From: Chrysomallon squamiferum
Taxonomy: Eukaryota > Animalia > Mollusca
Direction: 5' to 3'
NCBI GenBank assembly: GCA_012295275.1
Contig: CM022668.1
Span: 12,214,001-12,278,000, forward strand
Length of the DNA stretch: 64,000 bases
The notes beneath the pieces were generated by a model. It had not been told where the DNA came from. It saw nothing but the letters and a program-made list of their open reading frames with translations, and did not search any database. The translations under genes were made by a program, and so were the position numbers. Positions 52,079 to 64,000 of the stretch are shown here, piece by piece (within the stretch, counting starts at the first letter, position 1; every line of letters begins with the position of its first letter).

Positions 52079-52261
52079 GTAAGAGTGATTTTGTCTTTTT
52101 ATATGATCATATTTATATCATTTAAATGTATATATGTTTAATTTTTTTTATTTTCAGAAAAATTTTAAATATTATTATAGATACATATGCAAGACATGTA
52201 TGCACTTTGAAAAATTTAAAATTAAGAAATATTTTATGATTATTTTAAATTTTTTGGTCAC

Positions 52262-52337
<76 letters not shown>

Positions 52338-54530
52338 AAAAGATATCTTTTTCAATTTTTTTTATAATTATTAATTTAATTATAAAATATGTAACTTAAA
52401 AAAAACTTTTAAAATCTCAAAAATCACTTTTTCATTTTTGAATTCACAAAGTGCATACATCTCTGTTAAAACATTATTTCATATAAAACGAAAAAATATT
52501 GATATTCACAAATACCTTCTACATCCTCAAAACAAAGGTAACTACACAGTAGTCTCCCCTGATCCCTCTGCAAATGGTTGCCTGTACCTTGCATGTGTTT
52601 TGCACTGCACTGCATGGTTTGTTGATTGTTGTGAACATAGCCAACCATTCCTCATTCAGCACAAACCAACCCCCAAACTTTAAAAAAAATGAAATAAAAT
52701 AAACAAATAAACAAAATTAAAAACAAATTAACCCATCAACTATTTCTAAACAAACCCCCCTAAAAATATATATTCATTTCTGTAGATATCAGCTCCTCAT
52801 TTGTGCCTCAGTATTTTTGATGACCTCATGAATATGTACCCGAAACCCTGAAAATATTTAGTTTTTTTTTTTTTTTTTTTTTGGTTCATGATTTATCCCT
52901 TTTAAACTATGAAATATTAGTGTTAACACTTTAAAATATCAAATATCAGTGTGATTCTTTTAAACCACAAACTTTCAGTTTTAACACTTTGAGGTACCAA
53001 ACATTAATGTTAACCCTTTATAACTTCATTAATCTTTTCAAAATCTTAAGTCCAGAATTAACCCTTTATATATGTATGGGAAATCCAAACTTTAACCCAC
53101 TGCATTCTCAAGGAATACTGTTAACCCTTTCTTATTCAGATGGATGCAGCCTTAATTCAGTATATATATTTATCTAGTGTAAATGTTTAAAATTGTGATA
53201 GTATTTTTGTTAGTGACTTTATGGTTGTGGTGGTGTTATTCTCACCTTTTTTCACATTCCAACTGGGGATTGTAATGCAAAGAAATCAACACTTCTTTCT
53301 TTTTAAGTTTTATAATATTTTTAGATTATATATTGTAAATACAGCATCTTTTGTATCACCAAATGACAGCTATTTTATAATATTTTTATATGTTTGTTAA
53401 CTAAATTTTGGGAATTTAGTTTGTTGAAAATCAAAAAAATATATATTTTATAAGACTTTTATATCACCTTTTTGATATTTACAATAGTTTTTGATCTTTT
53501 TATAAAATGTATATTAGTATACTTGTTATTTATTTTTACACACATACATCTGTGTATATATAATTATATACATACACAAGTATATTATTATACCGATATG
53601 TAATATTAGTCTATTTATACATATGTGTTATATGTATATATACAGATATATTTGTAAATATGTTTTAAGTCTGATTCAAAAACATGTTTCAGGTTAACTG
53701 AATGAGGTATGGTTCTTGTGTTCTTGGAAGCAAATTTTAATATAAAATAATTAATATTTTTAAAATCCTTGGATACATAAAAAAAATAATCAAAATGTCT
53801 AGTGACAAAGTATCATTTCAAATAACATAGTTATTAAGACTCAGTATGTACAGGTGTTATTTCTTACATGTAATTATTGCAATATTTTACTTCTAAGTAA
53901 ATACATTAAGAAAGATGATTTATTTAATTCATTGAACTGTATAAAAGAAAACAAATTACATATATATATATATATATATATATGAAACAAAACATTAACT
54001 AATTTAATACATAATTTTATTCTTAAGAATTATTTTAATTTATATTCAACTATAAAAATAAATGAATTTGTAGTTTTCTATAACATGATCACATCTGATT
54101 TTATTTCTCATTATTTGTGTCTTACTAAACAATATACAACTATATTATATAATATATAACTGTATATATATAATATATATAATTTTTTTATCTTCATTTA
54201 TGGCATATATGACTTATTAAAAATTTTAAAAATGTAAATTTTTTTTTTTTTCATTTCATTTGCTTCCAAGGGCATTTGAAAACCAAACAAATAGTATTGA
54301 TCATTGTAAAAGATAATGCTTGTTTTCAATGTGTTTACTAATCTCAGTAATATAGGTTGTGAGTATTAATACAGCTCTATGTTAATCAGGCATGTGAATT
54401 AATTATTATAATTAGTCTGAAGGTAATAACCCTATTTAAAAAATTGTCACTTTTAATGTGAAGAAAACACGTATCCAGTTTAGCACCAAATTTTTTAATT
54501 TAATTTTTTTTATTATTTTGGAAACATTAG

Positions 54531-54579
<49 letters not shown>

Positions 54580-54893
54580 AGTTATCTTTATTAGTCAAAT
54601 AAAAAAATATATTTTATTGAAAAATAAAAAAAATATATAAATACCATTATATAATTGTATATGCCATGTCTATGTGGAATGTAATAACAATATAAATAAC
54701 TATAATGTTACTTTATTTCAAACATAACATTATATTTTCTAAATTATTAATTATTAATTTCATTCTTATTTATTTGTTTACTTACTTACTTACCTGCCTA
54801 CTTATTTATTTATTTAATTTAATTTAATTTAATTTAATTTAATTTAATTTAATTTTTTTTTTTTTAAATTAAATTAATTAATTAATTTATTTA

Positions 54894-54948
<55 letters not shown>

Positions 54949-57512
54949 TTTTATTTCACATTTTTTAAATGTCAGAACTATATTACCTGTTTCCTTTTGA
55001 ATACAAACACAAACACTGCTGGTAGATAACATGTAAATATACAACAGGTGCTAAGCTGGGTCAGTTTTCTTCATTAAATAAAAGCACAGACTTGGATCTT
55101 GTAAGAGCTGAATGAGTATGTTATGAAGCACTATTTTACACAAGACACTCTTTAAAAAAAAATATTGTAAATAAAGAACCTTAAACAGATGTTAATAAAA
55201 TAATCTTTTTAATATAAAAAAATATATATAAATAAATAGAATTGTTAGAATTATTAAAAGTTAAGAAATAAAAATGTTATGTAATTTTTTGTAAAAAATG
55301 TAATTATTATATTAAATTATAATCTTAAAACCTTATTTATTATAAACAAAATTTAATTATTATTATTATTAAAAGAAATAAATTTCCTGTAATTTTTAAA
55401 GTTTATTTTATTTATTACTTGGTCTTTGATAACTAAAGAAGTGTAAAACATTAATAAAAACAAAGTTATATTTTTAATCAGTATAACAACGTTCAAAATG
55501 TTACATTGTATACATATTACTATTAAAATACACAGCACATAGACATGCAAGAATGGTAACTGATGCTGTAGTTAGGTTTACAGTTTCATGAAAACCAGAA
55601 AATAAACTTATGTCCATAGTAGCATGGTACTATAGCGATTAACCAAAGAGAAATTAAAAAAAAAAAAAAAAAATGCACTTAAATTTCAAGTATGTAATAA
55701 GGTACAGGTATAGAGTTATGTCACATTTAAAGTGTACATTTGGTGATATGAGGAAATAGTCTAATGCATTACGCAGACTTCCAAGTTACATTTTATACAA
55801 AATCTTAATTAATCAAAAAGTAGAACAACAAAAACTTATTTCATTCCTGAAAGGACAAAATGGCAACACTGAAATAAGTGTTATTTTGTTGTTGTACTTT
55901 GTTACGAATAATGATAGTTTGTCTAAAACAATAAAGTAACAATTTGGAAGTATAACAAAATATATTAGACCTTTTCATCATGTTACCACACGTATACATT
56001 AAAGATCCTTTAATTGTTGATAGGGTAGGCAGTATGATACATACAAATATAGATGCATAGATATCAGAATAAGCATGCTGAAAAAATATTAAATACAAAA
56101 TTTTAAATAAAAAATTTATCAAATTTAACTATAATAAATACTGCATATAATAAACAATACATTTCAGATAAATAAGAAATAAAATATATTACTATTATTA
56201 TGATAAGGGTTATAAAATAAAAATAATGATTAAATATTTAATAGTATTATAATATGCTAATTCATCTTTAAATGTGAAATATTCATTCATATTATTTTTG
56301 TTTATTTTTATAATAATTCTAAAAGTCTATTGAGTTATCAAACATTAAAAATAATTTATTAAACATAAAATATATATTAAATGATTATTATTAAATATTA
56401 AACATATAATATATATATTAAAAATTACATCATTAAACATTAAATATATTAATATCATGATTACAAAAAATATTACTTCAGAATTAAAACAAATTAATCT
56501 TTCTTATAAAAAAAATATGTTTTTTTTTCACAATAACATTTTATTTTCTGTGTGATTTATGCTTTAATATAAATACTGATACAGTTCAAAAAGTATGTGC
56601 CGCAATGAAAATATTAATTAACAGACTGATTTATTTAAATGAAATTGTAATGCAAATGGAATGACATATAATTTTAACTGGCCAAAATAAGCTTAAAAAT
56701 ATCATTATATAACAAATGATTTTATACGCTTAATGACAGTTATTTGCAAAAATAAATGTTATGGCATTTTGTTCTAAATAATTTAATTTTTTCTTTTTAA
56801 CACATTTGAAACAGTTTGGATATAAACATTACACTATATTTTATTTACACGTTAAAAAAATTGTATTCAAAATTAATAATACTCAATGCTTATTATATTT
56901 CAAATTTTCATTCGCAAAATTGAGCTACTGTTACATGAAATGTGATTGGCTTTCAAAGTTTACCATAAAACAATGCAGTTTATTGGTTATTTTATTTTTA
57001 CATTGTTTGAGACTTGATTTCTCATTGGCTTCGTCAAATTTCAAAATTAATTATTCAAGATGGCTGAAATCAACTAACAGTATTTGAAACAAAACCTGCA
57101 CTTCTCTCTCAACAGTAAGCCTTACAATTTATTTAAATGATGAAATTTCACATTTAATGAAAAGTACAGAAATGTTTATTGTAATAATCTTCTTTTTTTT
57201 TTTTTTTTAATAAATCTTTATTTTCATGTTCATTATTGTTAAATGTATTTAGTTTTCATTCTTAAAATCCATTCTGCATGTCATGTCACTTTTTGTAAAT
57301 TTCTGAATGTCTGAGTTACTTTGCATAAAATATTGCTGCACAAAAAAAATGTATTAAATATAAAGAAAGCAACATATTATATGTGTTAAATAATAGTTTT
57401 GACACATACCTTTAATTATATATGTAAACAAAAATAATAATATCTCCAACTTTTGAACCAGTCAAAAGTATCACTACCTCAAAATCAACATTTTTAATAT
57501 AATATCATACAG

Positions 57513-60500
57513 CAGCAAGTTATGCAAAGTATATCAAACCAACCATTCCAGTATTATACAAATCTCTAAGGGAGATAACCACATTTCGCCCAGCAGGCAA
57601 AGAAACATCACCTGGAAAAGAAGCAACAACAGAGGAGCAAGAAACAACAGAATTAAAATATCCTGTAGATAGTTTAGAATCTGATAATATTGATTATGTT
57701 GTTACTGAGCAGGGTAGGCCGGAGGAATTGCATGCTGTTGAACAGGTAAGTCCAGATATTTTAACTGATACACAAAAATAAAAGAAACACAAATAGAAAT
57801 CGCACCAGAAACAGAAAAAACCATACAACCTGAGGTTACAGAAATAACAGAAACAAAAGAAGAAATAACACACATGGAAAAGACAGTAAAAGAGATTCCA
57901 GAAGAATCTGTACCATCTGAAGAAACTTTCAAAGAGGAAATAACCATAATGCCTCAACCTGAAGAGACAGCTCAATTCGAGGAAATTACGTTCAAAGTGA
58001 CGGAAAAGACCGTGAAAGAGGAAATGGAAATAACACCAGAGATTCCAGAAGAGACCTCTTTCAAAGAGGAAATAACCATTACTCCCAAGCCCAAAGAAAT
58101 GGAGGAAATAACAGTCGATGTAACGACTGAAGAAACAAAAGCTGAGGAAGAAGTGACAACAGAAAAAGAACTTCAAGTAACTGAGGAATTAACCGTGGAG
58201 ACTCAGCCTGAGGTTCCAACCGAGGCCGAAGAAACCACTGAGTTTGAAAAACCAGTGGAGGAGATTCCTGAAGAATCTGTACCATCTGAAGAAACTTTCA
58301 AAGAGGAAATAACCATAATGCCTCAACCTGAAGAGACAACTCAGTTCGAGGAAATTACGTTCAAAGTTACGGAAAAGACCGTGAAAGAGGAAATGGAAAT
58401 AACACCAGAGATTCCAGAAGAGACCTCTTTCAAAGAGGAAATAACCATCACTCCCAAGCCCAAAGAAATGGATGAAATAACAGTCGATGTAACGACTGAA
58501 GAAACAAAAGTTGAGGAAGAAGTGACAACAGAAAAAGAACTTCAAGTAACTGAGGAATTAACCGTGGAAACTCAGCCTGAGGTTGCTCCAACCAAGGCCG
58601 AAGAAACCACTGAGTTTGAAAAACCAGTGGAGGAGATTCCTGAAGAATCTGTACCATCTGAAGAAACTTTCAAAGAGGAAATAACCATAATGCCTCAACC
58701 TGAAGAGACAGCTCAATTCGAGGAAATTACGTTCAAAGTTACGCAAAAGACCGTGAAAGAGGAAATGGAAATAACACCAGAGATTCCAGAAGAGACCTCT
58801 TTCAAAGAGGAAATAACCATCACTCCACAGCCCAAAGAAAGGGAGGAAATAACAGTCGATGTAACGAAAGAAGAAACACAAGTGGAGGAGGAAGTGACAA
58901 CAGAAATAGAAATGGAGGAAACCGAGGTAAAGGAGGAAGCAGGTTTCAAGGAAGAAATTCATTTGGAACCTCAAGTCGTTCCTCAGGAAGTCGAAATCCC
59001 TGCACCCGAAGACACAACTGAGGTAGAATACAGGGAAACAGTGGAAGTCGCTCGTCCCGAGGTCACAGAACCTACCCCCGAAGAAGAAATAACAGAAGCA
59101 ATTCAGCCACAAGAAAGCGAAACTGTGGCGCCAGTTGATATCACTGAGGTTGAAGTTAGAGACACGATTGTGGTAGAACACAAAGAAAGCCTCGTGGAAG
59201 AGGAAGAGCAGAAACCCACTGAAGTGACAACCGAAATTCCAAGCGAGAAACCCGAAGAGGTGGAGGGAGAAATTTCGGTCACCGAACAGGAGGTTCCAGT
59301 GAAAGAGGAAGTTGAAATAGAAATCGCTTTGGGAGAGGTTCCTCAAGTACCTTCAGAACAGGTCGAAGAGGAAATTGCCCTCGAGGAAAAAAGAACTTCC
59401 AGTATCTGAGGAAGTAACCGTGGAGACTCAGCCTGAAGAAACGGAAGCCGTTATTCCGGTTGAAGTTGCTCCAACCGAAGCGGAGGAAACCACTGAGATT
59501 GAAAAAGTGGAAACCATTGAGGTTGAAAAACCAGTGGAGGAGATTCCTGAAGAATCTGTACCATCTGAAGAAACTTTCAAAGAGGAAATAACCATAATGC
59601 CTCAACCTGAAGAGACAACTCAGTTCGAGGAAATTACGTTCAAAGTTACGGAAAAGACCGTGAAAGAGGAAATGGAAATAACACCAGAGATTCCAGAAGA
59701 GACCTCTTTCAAAGAGGAAATAACCATCACTCCCAAGCCCAAAGAAATGGAGGAAATAACAGTCGATGTAACGACTGAAGAAACAAAAGTTGAGGAAGAA
59801 GTGACAACAGAAAAAGAACTTCAAGTAACTGAGGAATTAACCGTGGAAACTCAGCCTGAGGTTGCTCCAACCGAGGCCCAAGAAACCACTGAGGTTGAAA
59901 AACCAGTGGAGGAGATTCCTGAAGAATCTGTACCATCTGAAGAAACTTTCAAAGAGGAAATAACCATAATGCCTCAACCTGAAGAGACAGCTCAATTCGA
60001 GGAAATTACGTTCAAAGTTACGCAAAAGACCGTGAAAGAGGAAATGGAAATAACACCAGAGATTCCAGAAGAGACCTCTTTCAAAGAGGAAATAACCATC
60101 ACTCCACAGCCCAAAGAAAGGGAGGAAATAACAGTCGACGTAACGAAAGAAGAAACACAAGTGGAGGAGGAAGTGACAACAGAAATAGAAATGGAGGAAA
60201 CCGAGGTAAAGGAGGAAGCAGGTTTCAAGGAAGAAATTCATTTGGAACCTCAAGTCGTTCCTCAAGAAGTCGAAATCCCTGCACCCGAAGACACAACTGA
60301 GGTAGAATACAGGGAAACAGTGGAAGTCGCTCGTCCCGAGGTCACAGAACCTACCCCCGAAGAAGAAATAACAGAAGCAATTCAGCCACAAGAAAGCGAA
60401 ACTGTGGCGCCAGTTGATATCACTGAGGTTGAAGTTAGAGACACGATTGTGGTAGAACACAAAGAAAGCCTCGTGGAAGAGGAAGAGCAGAAACCCACTG

Positions 60501-63500
60501 AAGTGACAACCGAAATTCCAAGCGAGAAACCCGAAGAGGTGGAGGGAGAAATTTCGGTCACCGAACAGGAGGTTCCAGTGAAAGAGGAAGTTGAAATAGA
60601 AATCGCTTTGGGAGAGGTTCCTCAAGTACCTTCAGAACAGGTCGAAGAGGAAATTGCCCTCGAGGAAAAAGAACTTCCAGTATCTGAGGAAGTAACCGTG
60701 GAGACTCAGCCTGAAGAAACGGAAGCCGTTATTCCGGTTGAAGTTGCTCCAACCGAAGCGGAGGAAACCACTGAGATTGAAAAAGTGGAAACCATTGAGG
60801 TTGAAAAACCAGTGGAGGAGATTCCTGAAGAATCTGTACCATCTGAAGAAACTTTCAAAGAGGAAATAACCATAATGCCTCAACCTGAAGAGACAACTCA
60901 ATTCGAGGAAATTACGTTCAAAGTGACGGAAAAGACCGTGAAAGAGGAAATGGAAATAACACCAGAGATTCCAGAAGAGACCTCTTTCAAAGAGGAAATA
61001 ACCATCACTCCCAAGCCCAAAGAAATGGAGGAAATAACAGTCGATGTAACGACTGAAGAAACAAAAGTTGAGGAAGAAGTGACAACAGAAAAAGAACTTC
61101 AAGTAACTGAGGAATTAACCGTGGAAACTCAGCCTGAGGTTGCTCCAACTGAGGCCGAAGAAACCACTGAGGTTGAAAAACCAGTGGAGGAGATTCCTGA
61201 AGAATCTGTACCATCTGAAGAAACTTTCAAAGAGGAAATAACCATAATGCCTCAACCTGAAGAGACAGCTCAATTCGAGGAAATTACGTTCAAAGTTACG
61301 CAAGACCGTGAAAGAGGAAATGGAAATAACACCAGAGATTCCAGAAGAGACCTCTTTCAAAGAGGAAATAACCATCACTCCACAGCCCAAAGAAATGGAG
61401 GAAATAACAGTCGACGTAACGAAAGAAGAAACACAAGTGGAGGAGGAAGTGACAACAGAAATAGAAATGGAGGAAACCGAGGTAAAGGAGGAAGCAGGTT
61501 TCAAGGAAGAAATTCATTTGGAACCTCAAGTCGTTCCTCAGGAAGTCGAAATCCCTGCACCCGAAGACACAACTGAGGTAGAATACAGGGAAACAGTGGA
61601 AGTCGCTCGTCCCGAGGTCACAGAACCTACCCCCGAAGAAGAAATAACAGAAGCAATTCAGCCACAAGAAAGCGAAACTGTGGCGCCAGTTGATATCACT
61701 GAGGTTGAAGTTAGAGACACGATTGTGGTAGAACACAAAGAAAGCCTCGTGGAAGAGGAAGAGCAGAAACCCACTGAAGTGACAACCGAAATTCCAAGCG
61801 AGAAACCCGAAGAGGTGGAGGGAGAAATTTCGGTCACCGAACAGGAGGTTCCAGTGAAAGAGGAAGTTGAAATAGAAATCGCTTTGGGAGAGGTTCCTCA
61901 AGTACCTTCAGAACAGGTCGAAGAGGAAATTGCCCTCGAGGAAAAAGAACTTCCAGTATCTGAGGAAGTAACCGTGGAGACTCAGCCTGAAGAAACGGAA
62001 GCCGTTATTCCGGTTGAAGTTGCTCCAACCGAAGCGGAGGAAACCACTGAGATTGAAAAAGTGGAAACCATTGAGGTTGAAAAACCAGTGGAGGAGATTC
62101 CTGAAGAATCTGTACCATCTGAAGAAACTTTCAAAGAGGAAATAACCATAATGCCTCAACCGGAAGAGACAACTCAGTTCGAGGAAATTACGTTCAAAGT
62201 TACGGAAAAGACCGTGAAAGAGGAAATGGAAATAACACCAGAGATTCCAGAAGAGACCTCTTTCAAAGAGGAAATAACCATCACTCCGAAGCCCAAAGAA
62301 ATGGAGGAAATAACAGTCGATGTAACGACTGAAGAAACAAAAGTTGAGGAAGAAGTGACAACAGAAAAAGAACTTCAAGTAACTGAGGAATTAACCGTGG
62401 AGACTCAGCCTGAGGTTGCTCCAACCGAGGCCGAAGAAACCACTGAGTTTGAAAAACCAGTGGAGGAGATTCCTGAAGAATCTGTACCATCTGAAGAAAC
62501 TTTCAAAGAGGAAATAACCATAATGCCTCAACCGGAAGAGACAGCTCAATTCGAGGAAATTACGTTCAAAGTGACGGAAAAGACCGTGAAAGAGGAAATG
62601 GAAATAACACCAGAGATTCCAGAAGAGACCTCTTTCAAAGAGGAAATAACCATCACTCCCAAGCCCAAAGAAATGGAGGAAATAACAGTCGATGTAACGA
62701 CTGAAGAAACAAAAAAAGCTGAGGAAGAAGTGACAACAGAAAAAGAACTTCAAGTAACTGAGGAATTAACCGTGGAGACTCAGCCTGAGGTTGCTCCAAC
62801 CGAGGCCGAAGAAACCACTGAGTTTGAAAAACCAGTGGAGGAGATTCCTGAAGAATCTGTACCATCTGAAGAAACTTTCAAAGAGGAAATAACCATAATG
62901 CCTCAACCTGAAGAGACAACTCAGTTCGAGGAAATTACGTTCAAAGTTACGGAAAAGACCGAAAAAAAGAGGAAATGGAAATAACACCAGAGATTCCAGA
63001 AGAGACCTCTTTCAAAGAGGAAATAACCATCACTCCCAAGCCCAAAGAAATGGAGGAAATAACAGTCGATGTAACGACTGAAGAAACAAAAGTTGAGGAA
63101 GAAGTGACAACAGAAAAAGAACTTCAAGTAACTGAGGAATTAACCGTGGAAACTCAGCCTGAGGTTGCTCCAACCGAGGCCGAAGAAACCACTGAGTTTG
63201 AAAAACCAGTGGAGGAGATTCCTGAAGAATCTGTACCATCTGAAGAAACTTTCAAAGAGGAAATAACCATAATGCCTCAACCTGAAGAGACAGCTCAATT
63301 CGAGGAAATTACGTTCAAAGTTACGCAAAAGACCGTGAAAGAGGAAATGGAAATAACACCAGAGATTCCAGAAGAGACCTCTTTCAAAGAGGAAATAACC
63401 ATCACTCCACAGCCCAAAGAAATGGAGGAAATAACAGTCGACGTAACGAAAGAAGAAACACAAGTGGAGGAGGAAGTGACAACAGAAATAGAAATGGAGG

Positions 63501-64000
63501 AAACCGAGGTAAAGGAGGAAGCAGGTTTCAAGGAAGAAATTCATTTGGAACCTCAAGTCGTTCCTCAGGAAGTCGAAATCCCTGCACCAAGACACAACTG
63601 AGGTAGAATACAGGGAAACAGTGGAAGTCGCTCGTCCCGAGGTCACAGAACCTACCCCCGAAGAAGAAATAACAGAAGCAATTCAGCCACAAGAAAGCGA
63701 AACTGTGGCGCCAGTTGATATCACTGAGGTTGAAGTTAGAGACACGATTGTGGTAGAACACAAAGAAAGCCTCGTGGAAGAGGAAGAGCAGAAACCCACT
63801 GAAGTGACAACCGAAATTCCAAGCGAGAAACCCGAAGAGGTGGAGGGAGAAATTTCGGTCACCGAACAGGAGGTTCCAGTGAAAGAGGAAGTTGAAATAG
63901 AAATCGCTTTGGGAGAGGTTCCTCAAGTACCTTCAGAACAGGTCGAAGAGGAAATTGCCCTCGAGGAAAAAGAACTTCCAGTATCTGAGGAAGTAACCGT
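57513..64000 (+). CDS. Giant titin-like exon of PEVK-like (E/T/V/P/I/K) repeats running off the window end; broken by several small indels
   Basis: tacAG(CAG) acceptor, phase 1; AASYAKYIKPTIPVL...; overlapping ORFs at 57874, 59375, 61308 and 62975 switch frame at small indels, mostly in A runs. Confidence 0.85.
57892..64000 (+). repeat. Higher-order coding tandem repeat: 372-bp (124-aa) units nested in 1278-bp (426-aa) super-units
   Basis: GAGATTCC(T/A)GAAGAATCTGTACC recurs at 57892, 58261, 58633...; GAGGAAAAA(A)GAACTTCC at 59383, 60662, 61938, 63963. Confidence 0.95.

Noticed and set aside
59387-62970. Programmed ribosomal frameshifting at A-rich sites
   Set aside because: Sister repeat copies lack these indels and the shifts differ in size; sequencing error is more parsimonious.

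Overview
AT-rich eukaryotic (invertebrate animal) genomic DNA occupied end to end by the internal part of one giant + strand muscle gene of the titin-like Sallimus/kettin/I-connectin family; neither the start nor the main stop is in the window. By hand I could chain 33 GT-AG exons with consistent intron phases. They encode 16 Ig I-set domains: two kettin-type, a run of tandem Ig, then Ig domains separated by huge Glu/Val/Thr/Pro-rich spring-like exons. The spring exons include a 135-bp (45-aa) tandem array and a final exon of more than 6 kb built from 372-bp and 1278-bp higher-order repeats. The six frameshift or indel sites probably are assembly errors, since most sit in short A runs. Long introns hold microsatellites, degenerate minisatellites, clusters of (T)GCATG (RBFOX-type) motifs and several phase-compatible candidate alternative exons. 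The most notable candidate (42814-43094) could either splice as a 123-nt cassette or read through to give a titin isoform with a C-terminal hydrophobic, membrane-anchor-like tail. All isoform claims are inferences that need RNA data. I saw no RNA genes, CRISPR arrays or intact transposons; most short ORFs in the track are microsatellite or antisense artefacts.
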